From assembly GCA_026770705.1 (NCBI GenBank), contig JANJGN010000021.1, positions 67,208,001 to 67,272,000 of the forward strand: a stretch of 64,000 nucleotides of DNA. Reading direction: 5' to 3'. A program made the translations under genes and the position numbers. This document shows positions 12,669 to 24,259 of this stretch, piece by piece. The notes beneath the pieces are model-generated. The model saw only the letters and a list, made by a program, of their open reading frames with translations. It was not told the origin of the DNA and made no database searches. Positions within the stretch are counted from its first letter, which is position 1. Every line of letters starts with the position of its first letter. Source of the stretch: Isurus oxyrinchus. Its lineage: Eukaryota.

Positions 12669-13394
12669 ATGCTTGATCAGTGTCTGTTGTGACAACGGGG
12701 ACAGTGTGTGTTTTGAGTGCAGGCAGTGTCTGTCAGTGAATGAGTGGACAGTGCCTGGAATAGTTATTGTGTGTCTGCTAGTCAGTGTGCCATCAGTGTA
12801 TGTGGTGAATGCTGGTACAGTGTCTGTCAGTGAGTGTGGGGGCATGCATGTGAGTGAATGCGGTGATGGTGTCTGTCAATGCGTGCAGGAACAGTGTCTG
12901 TCAGCGAGTGTGTGGACCCTGTCTGTCAGTGATTTGGGGGGCCATGTCAGTCAGTGAGTGGAAGGCCGTGTCTGTCAGTGAGTGGGGGGGTGGGGGGGGG
13001 TACCATGTCTGTCAGTGAGTGTGGAGACACTGTCTCTCAGTGACTGTGGGGAGAGGATCTATTAGTGAGTGTGGGGACAGTGCCTATCAGTGAATGCACT
13101 GACAATACCTGCCAGTGAGTGCGGTGACAGTGCCTGTTAGTGAGTGTGCGGACAGTGCCTATCAGTGAGTGCAGGAACAGCGCCTGTCAGTCAATACCGG
13201 GACAGTGCCTGCCAGTGAGTGTGAGGAGAGTTCCTGTCAGTAATGTGAGGAAAGTGTCTGACTGAATGCGGGTTCAGTGTTGGTCAGTTGCTCCAGCGGG
13301 AGATTCTGTCAGTGAGTGGGATGACGGTGTCTCTCAGTGAGTGTGAGGACGATGTCTATCAGTGTGTGAGTAATCTTAATTTAAAAAAAAAGGG

Positions 13395-13654
13395 GGAAGC
13401 CACTTTGGGTGGTGATGAGGTGATTTTTTTTTCAAGTCAAGCCGCTGTGAATCTTTGGAATTCTCTACCCGGAGTGCAGTGAAATCCCCTTCATTGAGAA
13501 TATTCAAAGCAGAGATTGACAATGACATAAAGGGACATTGGGTTTGTGCAGTAAAAACACATCTAAGTGGATGATCAGCCAAGATCATATTCAATAGTGG
13601 AGCAGTTTCGAGGGGTTGAAAAGCCTCATCCTGCTCCTGTGTTCCTATGGTCCT
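13395..13654 (+). mobile_element. CR1/HER1-type LINE 3' end fragment
   Basis: FFSSQAAVNLWNSLP C-terminal ORF2 motif followed by a 3' UTR ending cctgctcctgtgttcctatg. Confidence 0.75.
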
Positions 13655-13659
13655 TTCGA

Positions 13660-14772
13660 GAGACCAGTTAACCTAACTTCATTTATTGGCAAAAAGCTGC
13701 AATCTATTATTAAGGAAGTTTTAACAGTTGACTTAGAAAAAAAATTGTATGATTCAAACAATTCAGCATGGGTTTAATGAAGGGAAATCCTGTTTAACAA
13801 GTTTACTGGTGATTTTGAGGATATAACTCATAAGGTAGATAAAATGATTCAATAGATGTGGTATAATTGGATTCCCAAAAGCCTTTTGATAAGCTGCTGC
13901 ATAAACGCTTAAAAAGCAAGATGAGTGTGCAGGGAGTCAGGGGTAACACCTTCGCACGGATAGAGGATATTTTAACAGGCATGCTGCAGAGAATATGCAT
14001 AAATGGTACATTTAAAACTGGCAGGTAGTGATAGTGGATTTCAACAGTGGTCAGCCCTTGGGCACCAGCTTGCAACCTATATGACTGATTTGAATGGATA
14101 TGGAAAGATAAATATATTTATGTTTGCTGATGATGTAAAGGTTGGTGGAAGGTATGCAGTCGGGTGGACACAAAGATGCTTCAAAAATATATAGGCAGGT
14201 TATGTGATTGGACAGCAAGAAGGCGGATAGAATATAATGTAGGGAAGTGTGAAGGTTTTCATTTTGGTGAAAATAATAGTAATGCAGAATACATATCATT
14301 ATTAACTTGTGATAAACTGGTAAGTGTTGATGTTCAAAGAGACTTTGGTGTACTCAAACAAGGAATGCAGGAAGTGAGCACACAGGTACAGCAAGCAATT
14401 AGGGCTTTGAATGGCATGTTGGCCTGCGTTGCAATGAGATTGGAGTAAAGGAATTAAGATGTATTTCTATAACAAGTCATTTGAAGTGCTTTGGTAATGC
14501 CACATCTGGAGTATGGTGTACAGTTTTGGTCTCTAAATGTAAGAAATAATCTCTTTGTATTGGAGGTGGTATAGCTAAAGTTCACACAGTTGTTCCTGGG
14601 ATAAAGTGCTTGGCCCATGAATAGAGGCTGAGTGAATTGGGTCCACTTTCTCTGGGGTTTAGTAGAATGAGAGGCGATTTGATTGAAAATTACAGGGTTC
14701 TGAAGGGATTGATGCTGAGCTATAGTTTTCACTGGTTAGGGAATCTATTATGTGGGGGCACAATCTCAGGAT
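13660..14772 (+). mobile_element. Degraded CR1 LINE RT region
   Basis: QHGF-like, DSQKPFDK and MFADDVKVGG motifs, ..NVGKCEGFHFG.., PHLEYGVQFW, with many stops and frameshifts. Confidence 0.85.
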
Positions 14773-15996
14773 ACCTCACTTTCTGATCACTGTTGTTTCC
14801 TTGAGAGTGTCCACTTGAATTTTAGGGAATGGTTCCAGTGTTGCGGGAATTCAGCTGCAAGGAAAGGTCAACACGTGGAGGATTCTAGCAAGAGATGCCC
14901 AGATAGGGTGAGCTAGAGCCTTTTATCACACAGAGAGTGTCAATGTTTTTGACATCTCTGTTTTTGACTGACGAAATCAGGGTGGATGAAATATGTCAAA
15001 CTGTCATTTTTTGGCTCTTTAGGTAAATGAACTGACATGCTGAGTGACCTGGGGAAATGTGAATGATTGGGTTGATTTACTGAGAACCAGAAGAAGCTGA
15101 AAAGACCAAATTGACTCATGTCACTCAAAGGTTCCATGAATAATATATCATTTTCAAAGAGGAAAACATACCATTGACTAAAACACCACGATGCCCACTG
15201 TAACATTTTAAGTTCCCAATGATTCCAGGCTTTAACAAGAGGTCAGCTACAGGCAGAGCAGGGACTCCACCTCTGAGCTGCACACCTGGCTTATGGTAAG
15301 AGCAATCCATGGACACTACTTCCTGCTTCAGTGACAAGCAGTTTTGGGGACTTTCCATGTTTTTGCCTTCAGAATCTTCGCTTGCTGAAGCAGTTACTAT
15401 ATGAATGATCAACCGGTAAGTCACAATCTGCTGGGGCAAAAGCAGCAAACCAGTCAGAGAAAGATTCCAGCCATATTAGCTGTCATGTCCTTGTCAAAAC
15501 TCCTTTGAATCAGCATTTTTTCTCTCTCTCCATAAACCATTTGTTTCTCACCAGAATTATTTGGATTAATCTCATATTTTTAGATTCCGCAGTATCTGTT
15601 CATGTAATTTGATTTTGCTGATCAGATCAACCTTTTACTTCTTTTCTATTGGCATTCCCAATTCAGCCATAAGAAACCTGTGCAACATTCCAATAATTAT
15701 AATGCTACGCGTAGGCCTTTCAGTATAATCTGTTCTGTCTCATACCTATGTATGTACAGAAAGGAATTGAATCCAATGTTACATTTACCATTCATAGAAT
15801 AATTTCTGTGAAGTGGACTGCTGAGCCTTATAAATACAGTGCAATTGTTACTGGTCATGGAAATAAATACAATCTGAAATTCATTTTTGAAAAAAGAAAA
15901 TCAGAAATACCGATTTTTAAAAAATTTTCTGCACACTTGATCTAATTTATTACATTGCATACACACCCTGGGAGCAGACATGGCTCAGTAAATCAA

Positions 15997-16030
15997 TTTG
16001 TTCAGTAGATTGTAACTAATATCCATGCTC
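15997..16030 (+). promoter_or_regulatory. Conserved upstream element of GPCR pseudogene (paralogous to 31387-31420)
   Basis: tttgttcagtagattgtaactaatatccatgctc is 33/34 identical to the copy upstream of the intact gene; it ends ~130 bp before the ATG, with TATA-like atttataag at ~16071. Confidence 0.45.
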
Positions 16031-16160
16031 AGATTCCGAAGATGACGGTCCATGTGCAGACCCTTCTCTTATTTATAAGTATTCCTCCACACAAGTCTCT
16101 GCATTTGTCTACTCAGAGTTCTGTGATTGGGAAAAGAAATATTGGTGTTTCATAGAAGAA

Positions 16161-17822
16161 ATGGTGTACCCTGTAGTTTTCCTGATCGAGCTAATTTACT
16201 ACCCTCCTCTTGCATCTATCAATTTTTGTTGTAAAGCAATGAAACAAGTGCATATGAGTGGAATATCAGTTTGGACAATTGTTATTATTTGTTCAACATT
16301 TCAGAGTTACAGTTATGTTTAAAGTGACTGCTTTCTATTCTTAAAGTGATTCCTGCATTGTAATATTATTGTTTTCACAATTTTCAGTGCAAGCAATCGT
16401 CAAGCAAGAATCATCTATTGTGTTTGCCAGATAACCCCCTCCCCAGATGTGACACAGATATCAGACCAATAAGAAATCAATAGCTTTGTAATGTCTGGAG
16501 ATTATTAAGTCATTATCAGCATAACATAATATTTCTTTTTTCATGCTACTTGCTCTTTCAATTCTGCTTCATTGCAGATACTCTCTTGTTTACTTGAGAT
16601 TGTTTTCAGCTTCTGCTGTGTTTGTAGTTGCTTTACGTTGAATGAAAAACTCACCTTTATTGGTATGTGAAACGCTTGGTCCAGCTGTTTGATTTTTCAA
16701 TTTGGGCTGGCGCAGATAGTAAGGAGAAACTTTAACCCATTGTTTCCCAGCTAGGAATCTTGATTCAACAGTCACTGATAAGGAACATTCGATTTATTTC
16801 CAGTAACTGGATACATCACTTGCTGAAAGATTCAGCTGACATTCCGCTGCAGATTAGTACATTGAAGAAGGAAAAAGGTATGGATTTTGACGTTAGGCAA
16901 TCATTTAAAAGCAGCAACATTGAAACTTCAGGCTGTTATACAACTATCCTTATGCACACTGTCCGCCAACTCAAAAGCTAACCACATGTGTTGCACACTA
17001 TGAGAGTGAACTCTCTGTGTATTGTACAGCCTGCAGCCTAACAGGGCGAGAGTACGCACACTTGTGGAACGAATCCTAATTCGACTATCTGAAATTGCAT
17101 TTCCCAGGTTCTACAGACGATAAGCCAAGAGGAATACAGGCAATCACTTCCTGTTGTACAGTACGAAATCCAACAGCATGAGAGTTTTCGCCGCAAATAC
17201 AATATCCCAGCAGGGCGGGAGTGCACTCCCAATGTTTCACATAAAATTCCTACTTGCAGAAACAGGTGCTATCTGAGCATTTTAACCTGTCTGACGGCAA
17301 CAACTTTATTTGGATTTGGACAGATCCTGCCACTACACATCCTACGTTTAATGTAAATTTCTGGGACCATCAATGAACAGAACATGAAACTAACGGTGAC
17401 TTCACGACAGAATTAGGAAATTCACATTTCCATAACTTAATAATGGGCTTTCATTTCAAAATTAAATAAATAACTTGGATAAAGTAACATTTCTTTTTTC
17501 CTTTCTTTATTCATAGTTTACCTGTGGCGATTGTAATCTTGGCCCGAGGAAATTGCGGTCTGTCCTAATCCACGACATGCTACATTCTCTCAATGACCTT
17601 TTCAGGTCTGACGGTGGTTTTCAAACATGTGGCATTACAAAGGATTAATAGCTTGTATTTTCCAAGTAATTTCCTTCCTGTGTGCAAGGCAAACTTTGTT
17701 GCATACCTTGTCTGGCTTACTTTAGGGATGAGTTGGAAATTGGTTTGAAATACATACTTACCCTGAATGGAGAATTATGCCAGGAACGGGAAACTAACTC
17801 TGACTTAGCGCAGGGCTTACAG
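16161..17822 (+). pseudogene. GPR139-like GPCR pseudogene (exon 1 16161-16230; exon 2 remnant 17517-~17822)
   Basis: Exon 1 MVYPVVFLIELIYYPPLASINFC then GT at 16231. Exon 2 follows ..ttcatag and aligns to 33030ff but has a 1-nt deletion, a TAA at 17566-17568 (AAA in the intact copy), small deletions and loss of ~600 bp (TM3-TM7). It resumes at FRDELEIGLKYILTLNGELCQ. Confidence 0.9.
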
Positions 17823-19027
17823 TTTTCCCGTTTTTTCATGTTCCTTCAAGATTTGTGGACTATTGATGGAAAAATAGAAGATTGATTACCTTTAACGAAA
17901 TGTTGGGTTATTCTTCATAAATTAGATAATATTAATTATATTATTTTATGTTGGCAAATGAAATGTAAAGCATATATATTAGTCCCATTTACCTCTAGTT
18001 AAATACTGTGTTGCCTGCAATAATCCTTTAGAGCCCAATATGCAACTCCATGTTATTGCAGCGATCTACCTTCCTCTCCAGAGCCTGCTTTCCCAGACTG
18101 ATCCATGATATTTGTGACATTAGTTTGTCACTCGTACCCATGTTGAGCTTCAGAAGCAGAAATTCTCTCATACAATGACACGATGCTTCAGTAACACCAA
18201 GGTCCATAATTCAAATCACAGTACACTTCCTTTTGAATTTTTTGTCATTGAATTTGTATCGGGGAACTTGGCTGATCCACGCTTACTGGTTGACATCATT
18301 TCACAGCACCAACATACTTCAGCTCTGTCAAATCCGTGCTGCATACATCCTTTCATTTCCTGGGTCAAGTGACCCTGCATGATTGCTGCTAGATAGGAAT
18401 GAAGAACAGGAGTGGGCCTTTCGAGACTACTCTGCCATTCAATAATATCATGGATGATATGGCTGTGGCCTCAGCTTCTCTTTCCCGCCTGCCACTATTA
18501 GACTTTGACTCACTTGTTTTCAGGGATCAATCTACCTGCGCCTTAAAAATATTCAACGTCCTTACCCCCTCCTTTTGAATAGAGTTCCAAATCTCACTAC
18601 CCTTTAAGAGAAAAAAATCTCATCATCTCCGTCTGGAAAGGCAAACCCCGAATTTTTAAACTGTATCCCTTTAAATCTATACTTTCCCGCAAAGCGAAAC
18701 AACCTTTTCCACTGAAGCCTGCCATGTCCCTTCGGGATCGTATAGGTTTCAATGAGATCACCACTCATTATTTTAACCTCCAGTGGATAATTCCCAAATT
18801 ATCCAACATTTCCTTAGGAAGTAACGCCTTGCTCCAACAACCCAGGTACCAGAAGAGTCAGGTTCTGTGTGCTGCTTCTAACGCAAGTGTATTCTTTCTT
18901 AAATTAAGAGAATGAAACTGTTAACATTACTGCATATCTAGTCTCAGAAGCGCGCATAAAAAGACACCCCCCCCCCCCTTTTATTTTCAGTTCCATTTGC
19001 ATCAAATTACATCATTACATCCGCCTT

Positions 19028-19487
19028 TGTAAGAGCTAAACAGGCGTTTCCATGTATTTAGTAAAGCCAAAGGTCAGCGGAATTCTCCAGGCGAACCTTG
19101 TAGAGCACGACAGCCGATATCAGCAGATCTCTCCTGAAAGATCTTGGGGATCATAAAGGATTAACTGAGCAGAGGGAGAAGCGGGATGGAGGGTGGGGCG
19201 CGGGGTATGGTGGAGGGGGCTGAGGATAAACAGAGCAGGGCAAAGACAAACAGTGCCAGGGGTTGGAGACATCTGCTTTTCATGGGAATATGTATTGACA
19301 AGATTAGAATTTGAATAAAGCATTGTGAACGCGACTAGTTGTTTATAAAAAAATGTGGTTTTCCTGTAATCGGTACAGCTCTGTTTTAGCCTGTGTAAGG
19401 CAGAATCTCCCTGTGTCCGCTTGAATTAAACGATAGTTCACCTGTATCTGAGTGTTCTGTGGACGTCTCTTGGAAGGTGCCACAACA
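19028..19487 (+). mobile_element. Solo LTR (460 bp) with 4-bp TSD CCTT
   Basis: Starts TGTAAG, ends CAACA; cctt at 19024-19027 and 19488-19491; AATAAA at ~19314; interrupts CR1 sequence. Confidence 0.75.
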
Positions 19488-19747
19488 CCTTCATAATCAC
19501 TCCATACTAACTTGTGTTCCACAGAACACAACAGACAGCCCCTCCATGCTTAAGAGTTCTGTAATCTCTCTCTATTCCTCTTTCTATTCCTCTTGACAAA
19601 GTGGTAAATTTGGAATTTTCTCATATAATACTCAATCTGCCAAATATTTGCCCACTTATTTAACCTTTCTGAATTCCTTAATTCACAAATCATTTTCAAG
19701 AATACCTTTGAATCAGCAGGATATTTAGCATGCATGTATTATTTCCC

Positions 19748-19987
19748 AAAAACAAAAACAGAATTGCCTGGAAAAACTCAGCAGGTCTGGCAGCATCAGT
19801 GGAGAAGAAAAGAGTTGACGTTTAGATTGATCCTTAGATTCACTCAGTTCTGTTGAAGGGTCATGAGGACTCGAAACGTCAACTCTTTTCTTCTCCACCG
19901 ATGATGCCAGACCTGTTGAGTTTTTCCAGGTAATTCTGTTTTTGTTTTGGATTTCCAGCATCCGCAGTTTTTTGTTTTTATCTCTTT
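19748..19987 (+). mobile_element. Foldback PLE-derived mini-element (family A pLTR with inverted 5' arm), 14-bp TSD
   Basis: atgtattatttccc at 19734-19747 and 19988-20001; left arm 19748-19823 is the reverse complement of ~19874-19949. Confidence 0.88.
19846..19884 (+). ncRNA. Minimal type I hammerhead-ribozyme-like motif (variant core) in PLE pLTR
   Basis: agtt|CTGTTGA-A|GGGTC-atgag-GACTC|GAA|ACGT|C|aact: stem I agtt/aact, 5-bp stem II, palindromic ACGU stem III, GUC cleavage triplet (predicted cut after 19880); core position 6 is U instead of A. Confidence 0.6.
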
Positions 19988-20159
19988 ATGTATTATTTCC
20001 CGTTCTCCAAATTATTGATATGAATTGCAAACAACTGAGGCACCAACACTAATCTCTGTGGCACTCCAGTCGTCACATCTTGCCAATAGGAAGATGGCCC
20101 ATGTTTGCGTTTTCTGTATTTTTTTCCTATTAGCTTAACTATCCTCTGTATATCACGGG

Positions 20160-20700
20160 ATCAGAGTACTTTTACAGTGTAGAAGGGGGCCCTTCAGTCC
20201 ACCGTATGCACAGGCTCTCTGAACTTTTTAAATTAATGTCAATCCCATGCCTTTTCCCCGTAACCGTGCACATTGTTTCTATTTAGATAATCAACCAATG
20301 CCCTCTTGGATGTCTCAATTGAACCTGTCTCCACCACACTTAAAGGCAGAGCATTCCAGGTCCGAAATATTCGCTGTGTGAAAACGTTTTTTCTCCCCTC
20401 ACTTTTGGTTCTTTTGGAAAACACTTTAAAACTGTGCCCTGTGGTTCTCAATCTGTTTACGAGCAGGAACAGTTTGTTCTTATCTACTCTGTCCAGTCTC
20501 CTCATAATATTGAAAACTTCTATCAAGCCTCTTCTTTGCCTTCACTTCTCCAAGGAAAACAGCTGCAGCTTCTCCAATCTTTCTTCATAACTGAAGTGTC
20601 TCATCCCTAGATTCAATTTCATAAAACTCGTTTGCACTCTTCCAAACAGTTCACATCCTTTCTAGTGTGGCGCCCGGAACTGTACGCATATATAGGTGTA
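20160..20700 (-). mobile_element. CR1 LINE 3' end fragment
   Basis: ORF 20239-20526: IEVFNIMRRLDRVD...TTGHSFK...RKNVFTQRIFRTWNALP, the CR1 ORF2 C-terminus. Confidence 0.85.
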
Positions 20701-20804
20701 TGAAACTACCTACGCTACAAGCTCTTATTTTCCGTTGTAACCACTCATGTGGCATCTTTTCCAATGCTTTCTTGAGGAACTCAGTAAAGGAACTTAATCT
20801 GATT

Positions 20805-20922
20805 GACTCGAAATGTCAACTCTTTTCTTCTCCGCCGATGCTGCCAGACCTGCTGAGTTTTTCCAGGTAATTCTGTCTTTATTTTGGATTTCCAGCATCC
20901 GCAGTTTTTTGTTTTTATCTCT
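20805..20922 (+). mobile_element. 5'-truncated family A pLTR fragment
   Basis: gactcgaaatgtcaactcttttcttctccgccgatgctgcc...ttttatctct; lacks the 5' half of the hammerhead core. Confidence 0.8.
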
Positions 20923-21534
20923 AACTTGATTGTTGCGTCTTTTTGTTTAGAACCCCCATGCAAATCTTTTGTTATATCAGTCACGTTCTCGACACCATCA
21001 TTGAGAAATCTCATTTTCTCCAGCACCCATTTGTTTATTTCTGGTCCGTTCGTTCCACCGTGGGGGGCAGAGACATCATATTGTTCCTCCCTTAAGCTTC
21101 CCTGGACAGCTTTGAGTCGTTTCTCTTCTTAAACCTTCATTATGACCAGTTTTAATCTACAAAAGCATTTATCCCCGGTTTTGGCTCAGTGGGGGTGTTC
21201 TTCCAGGTCAAGAGGCTATATAAAATAAATATTTTGATGTTAGTTATCTTCTTTTTGCATAATTTGCATTAAACATGACAATGCAAGAATAATCCATCCA
21301 AATAAGCAACTTAATGTCAGCACTCAGCCCAGAATAAAACAAACACTCAGCAGTAAATAAATCACTTGATTACAGCAAATTGCTACGTCAACTGGTGGTG
21401 CTCCTATTTGACACCGTTATTTGAAGGTCAAAAAATGTTTTATCATTAATGAAAATGCAAATGAATTTCTGGATTTAAATGTAGCGAGAGTCAGAATTTC
21501 ACAAATACATGGTGTTGTAAATTGATTGCTGGAT

Positions 21535-21835
21535 TCCATTCATTCATGGGATGTGGGCTTCGTTGGCTGGGCCAGCTTTTCATTTCCCATCCCTAGTTGC
21601 CCTTGAGAAGGAGGTGGTAAGCTGCCTTCTTGAACTGCTGCAGCCCATGTAGTGTAGTTAAACCCACAGTGCTGTTAGGGAGGGAGTTTCTTTTTTGAGA
21701 CTTTGTAGTTTGTTAGGTATTTAAGATTTAAGATATGGACGTGCCAGATGGGTTTCATAGTCATCATCAGACTTTTAACTTTCATTGAATTTAAATTCCA
21801 CCATCTGCCGTGGCGGGATTCAAACACTGGTCCAT
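21535..21835 (-). mobile_element. Non-LTR retroelement 3' end (same family as 62330-63010)
   Basis: Reverse complement of ..ccatcttctcaagggcaactaggga..tcccatgaat at 62938-63010. Confidence 0.7.
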
Positions 21836-21899
21836 CAACAAATGGAATGCCTGACCTTTGTTACCATATCTAAATATTTAATATCCTGTAGACATGTAT

Positions 21900-23830
21900 C
21901 GGATCACACTCAATCTTCCAGGCCCAAGAAGAACAATCCCACCATCTCTAGTGTAACCATATAGCTACATTCCGTATTCATGCAACCATTCTGTAAAACC
22001 TTGTCCCCAACATCTAAAGGACTTTCACATCTTTCCCAAAGTGTGGTGGTCAAAACTTGGACGCAGTACTCCAGTTGAGGCCTATCCGGAGCTACAAGAC
22101 TTCCCAGCTTTTGTGCACAATACACCATTTACTAAAGTCAAGTTCCCAACTGCTTCTCTATTCTTTCAACATGTGCTCTCATCTGCTGTCACCAATGTAC
22201 ATGAAATTCCGGTTACATCTGTACCTGTACCCTTCTTCAAACTGCGAATTAAATAAATGTATTTCTTCTCCATGTTCTGTCTGCCATAACGATGCACATA
22301 AAATGTTGCTGCATTATATTCCATAAACCCCCAATCCTGCTCATTAGGTTTGCCTGTACCCTGCTGCAGTCCACTGCTGTCACCCTCACTTGATGCAAAT
22401 AATTCACGTTTGATATCAGCAACATATTTTGAAGCTTCACTGTGTATTCCATTATCCAATTCATAGTACTGCCCCTCGGGGAACATCACTGTTTAAAATA
22501 TTTCAGCGTTTGAGCAATTTTTTTTACCATAACACAGAGTTTTCCTGAGGCAATAATTTACCAATTACACTTTGGCCCTCCCAGCATCCCAGCCTCAATC
22601 TTTTTAAGCACCCTTTTGTTGTGATACTCAATGAAACTCTTTTTTTCATGCAGATGGTAACACCTACCACATATCTCTCATTAACCTTCTCATTAACTTG
22701 TTCAAAATAAATCAATCATATTAGCATATTTGATTTACTATTCACGAATATGTGTTGTTTTCTCTTTATTTAACTCAAGATCCTCTAAGTAGCAGTGAAT
22801 ATACTCACCTGTTATTTTTTTCTAAACAATACGTGCCACAGATATTAAACTAATTTGCATATAATTGCTAGGACTGTCCTAACATCATTTTGAATATAGT
22901 TGCCACTCCACAACCCACTAGGACATTCCACAAATTGAAAAAATTATGGTAAGCCCTTCCACTGTCTCTTCCATCGCTTCCTTCATCAACTTGGTGATCC
23001 AAATCATCAGGACATATCCACTCTAAGCACAGCCAGCTTTCCTATTACATCCAGCCAATGAAATCTCTCGCCATCGATTGCTTCTAAGATCACCATGTAT
23101 ACTATTAATTTGTAAGCACACTTGTCCTGATTGCATACAGTTACAAAGTAATGATCGAGAATTCTAGCCTTGCGCTTCACTTCTAATCAAATATCTCCTA
23201 ATTTTCCCTAATCGGCTTCACCCTCCCTCTCATAATTTACTTTACTTCATAATTTACTTGCTAAAATATGATTTGGGAGTTACCTTTCATGTTAACTTCT
23301 ATTTTCTTCCCACATTCTCTTTGTGCCAGCTAGCTGTTATTCTTCAATTCTCCTGTCAACCTTTTGGCTTTGGCTTGATTCTTTCTTAAAGTTTTTAAGT
23401 GGCTTGCTTGACAACATCTATTTTAGCGTAATCATATTCTATACCCTCATCATCATCCAAGGAGACATGTCTTTACTTCCCTGTCTTTAAGCCTTGTTGA
23501 AATGCACCAATCCATATCTTGAAACATCTCCTCCTTAAAAAAAACAGACCCATTACCCTGACTTAGCTTTTAGTCTCAAACATTGGTTCCGTTTTGTCAT
23601 GGCCAGATGCATTCTCTACTCACTATTTTTACTACCCCGCAATTAAGAAGCACTTATACCTCGTCCTTCTGCATTACTTATCAAAATATTTTGATGCAAT
23701 GATCTCCCCTACACAAACTGTTTCCCACACAAACTTTGTCTGCTTGGCCCACCTTCATCCCCATCATCAGATTCAGCAAGTTGTCCATTCTAGCTGGACC
23801 TGGAACATATTTCTCAAACACTTTTAACTG
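21900..23830 (-). mobile_element. Old, heavily degraded CR1 ORF2
   Basis: RPQLEYCVQ (ORF 21910-22128), SKYVAD-like and LLPQ/SVL remnants; boundaries approximate. Confidence 0.6.
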
Positions 23831-24259
23831 AATGCATTTAATAAATCCATAAATTTCTTCATTGCTTCTTCCTTGTGGCCTCCTGCCTGTCAGCTTGCCT
23901 GTGAAACTGGGGTATTAAAAGAATGATCGCAGGCCATGTGCTGTGTTGCACTGTTGTGACTGTAGATTGAGGTCAGTGTTTCAGGGCAACACATCTATCG
24001 TAAGCGTCAGCGGCTTGAGAGGCTTTGGCTCAGAATCATAGAGCTGGAGGCCGAACTGCATCGGGGAGGGGAAGTTAACTGGAAACTTTGTGACACGGAG
24101 GTGTGTTGGCCCTAATAGTAAATTATGCCATAATGTCTTCTGTGATAATATGGCCTCAGAAGCTCATGAATTGGAATCATAATGTGCAGAAAATAGAAAT
24201 AGTAAGTGTCAGAAAATGCTGGTGAATGTTGTTTAGAGGCCACTTAAGATTAGTTATAC

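Larger units (their letters stand above)
101..13370. repeat. 25-bp tandem satellite (consensus ~GGGACAGTGTCTGTCAGTGAGTGCG) with higher-order duplications, interrupted at 10511-12668
   Basis: Exact 25-nt phasing visible e.g. at 4851-4950 (gggacagtgtctgtcagtgagtaca / gggaaagagcctgttcgttagttcg / agtacaatgcctgtcggtgagtgcg ...); G/T-rich + strand throughout. Confidence 0.95.
18394..20140 (-). mobile_element. Degraded CR1 LINE 3' portion, split by a solo LTR (19028-19487) and a PLE mini-insert (19748-19987)
   Basis: Reverse CR1 3' UTR at 18394ff; minus-strand RT remnants (..RLNKWANIWQIEYYMRKFQIYHF..); CR1-like sequence continues across the insertions. Confidence 0.7.

Noticed and set aside
101-13370. 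CRISPR-like regular repeats
   Set aside because: Monomers are contiguous with no unique spacers, there are no cas genes, and the context is vertebrate
101-13370. GACAGTG as a V(D)J recombination signal heptamer
   Set aside because: It lacks the essential CAC, and I saw no nonamer at 12/23 spacing and no Ig/TCR segments
14940-15448. Two minus-strand ORFs (88 and 107 aa) in unassigned sequence
   Set aside because: No motif or splice structure I can recognise; left unannotated
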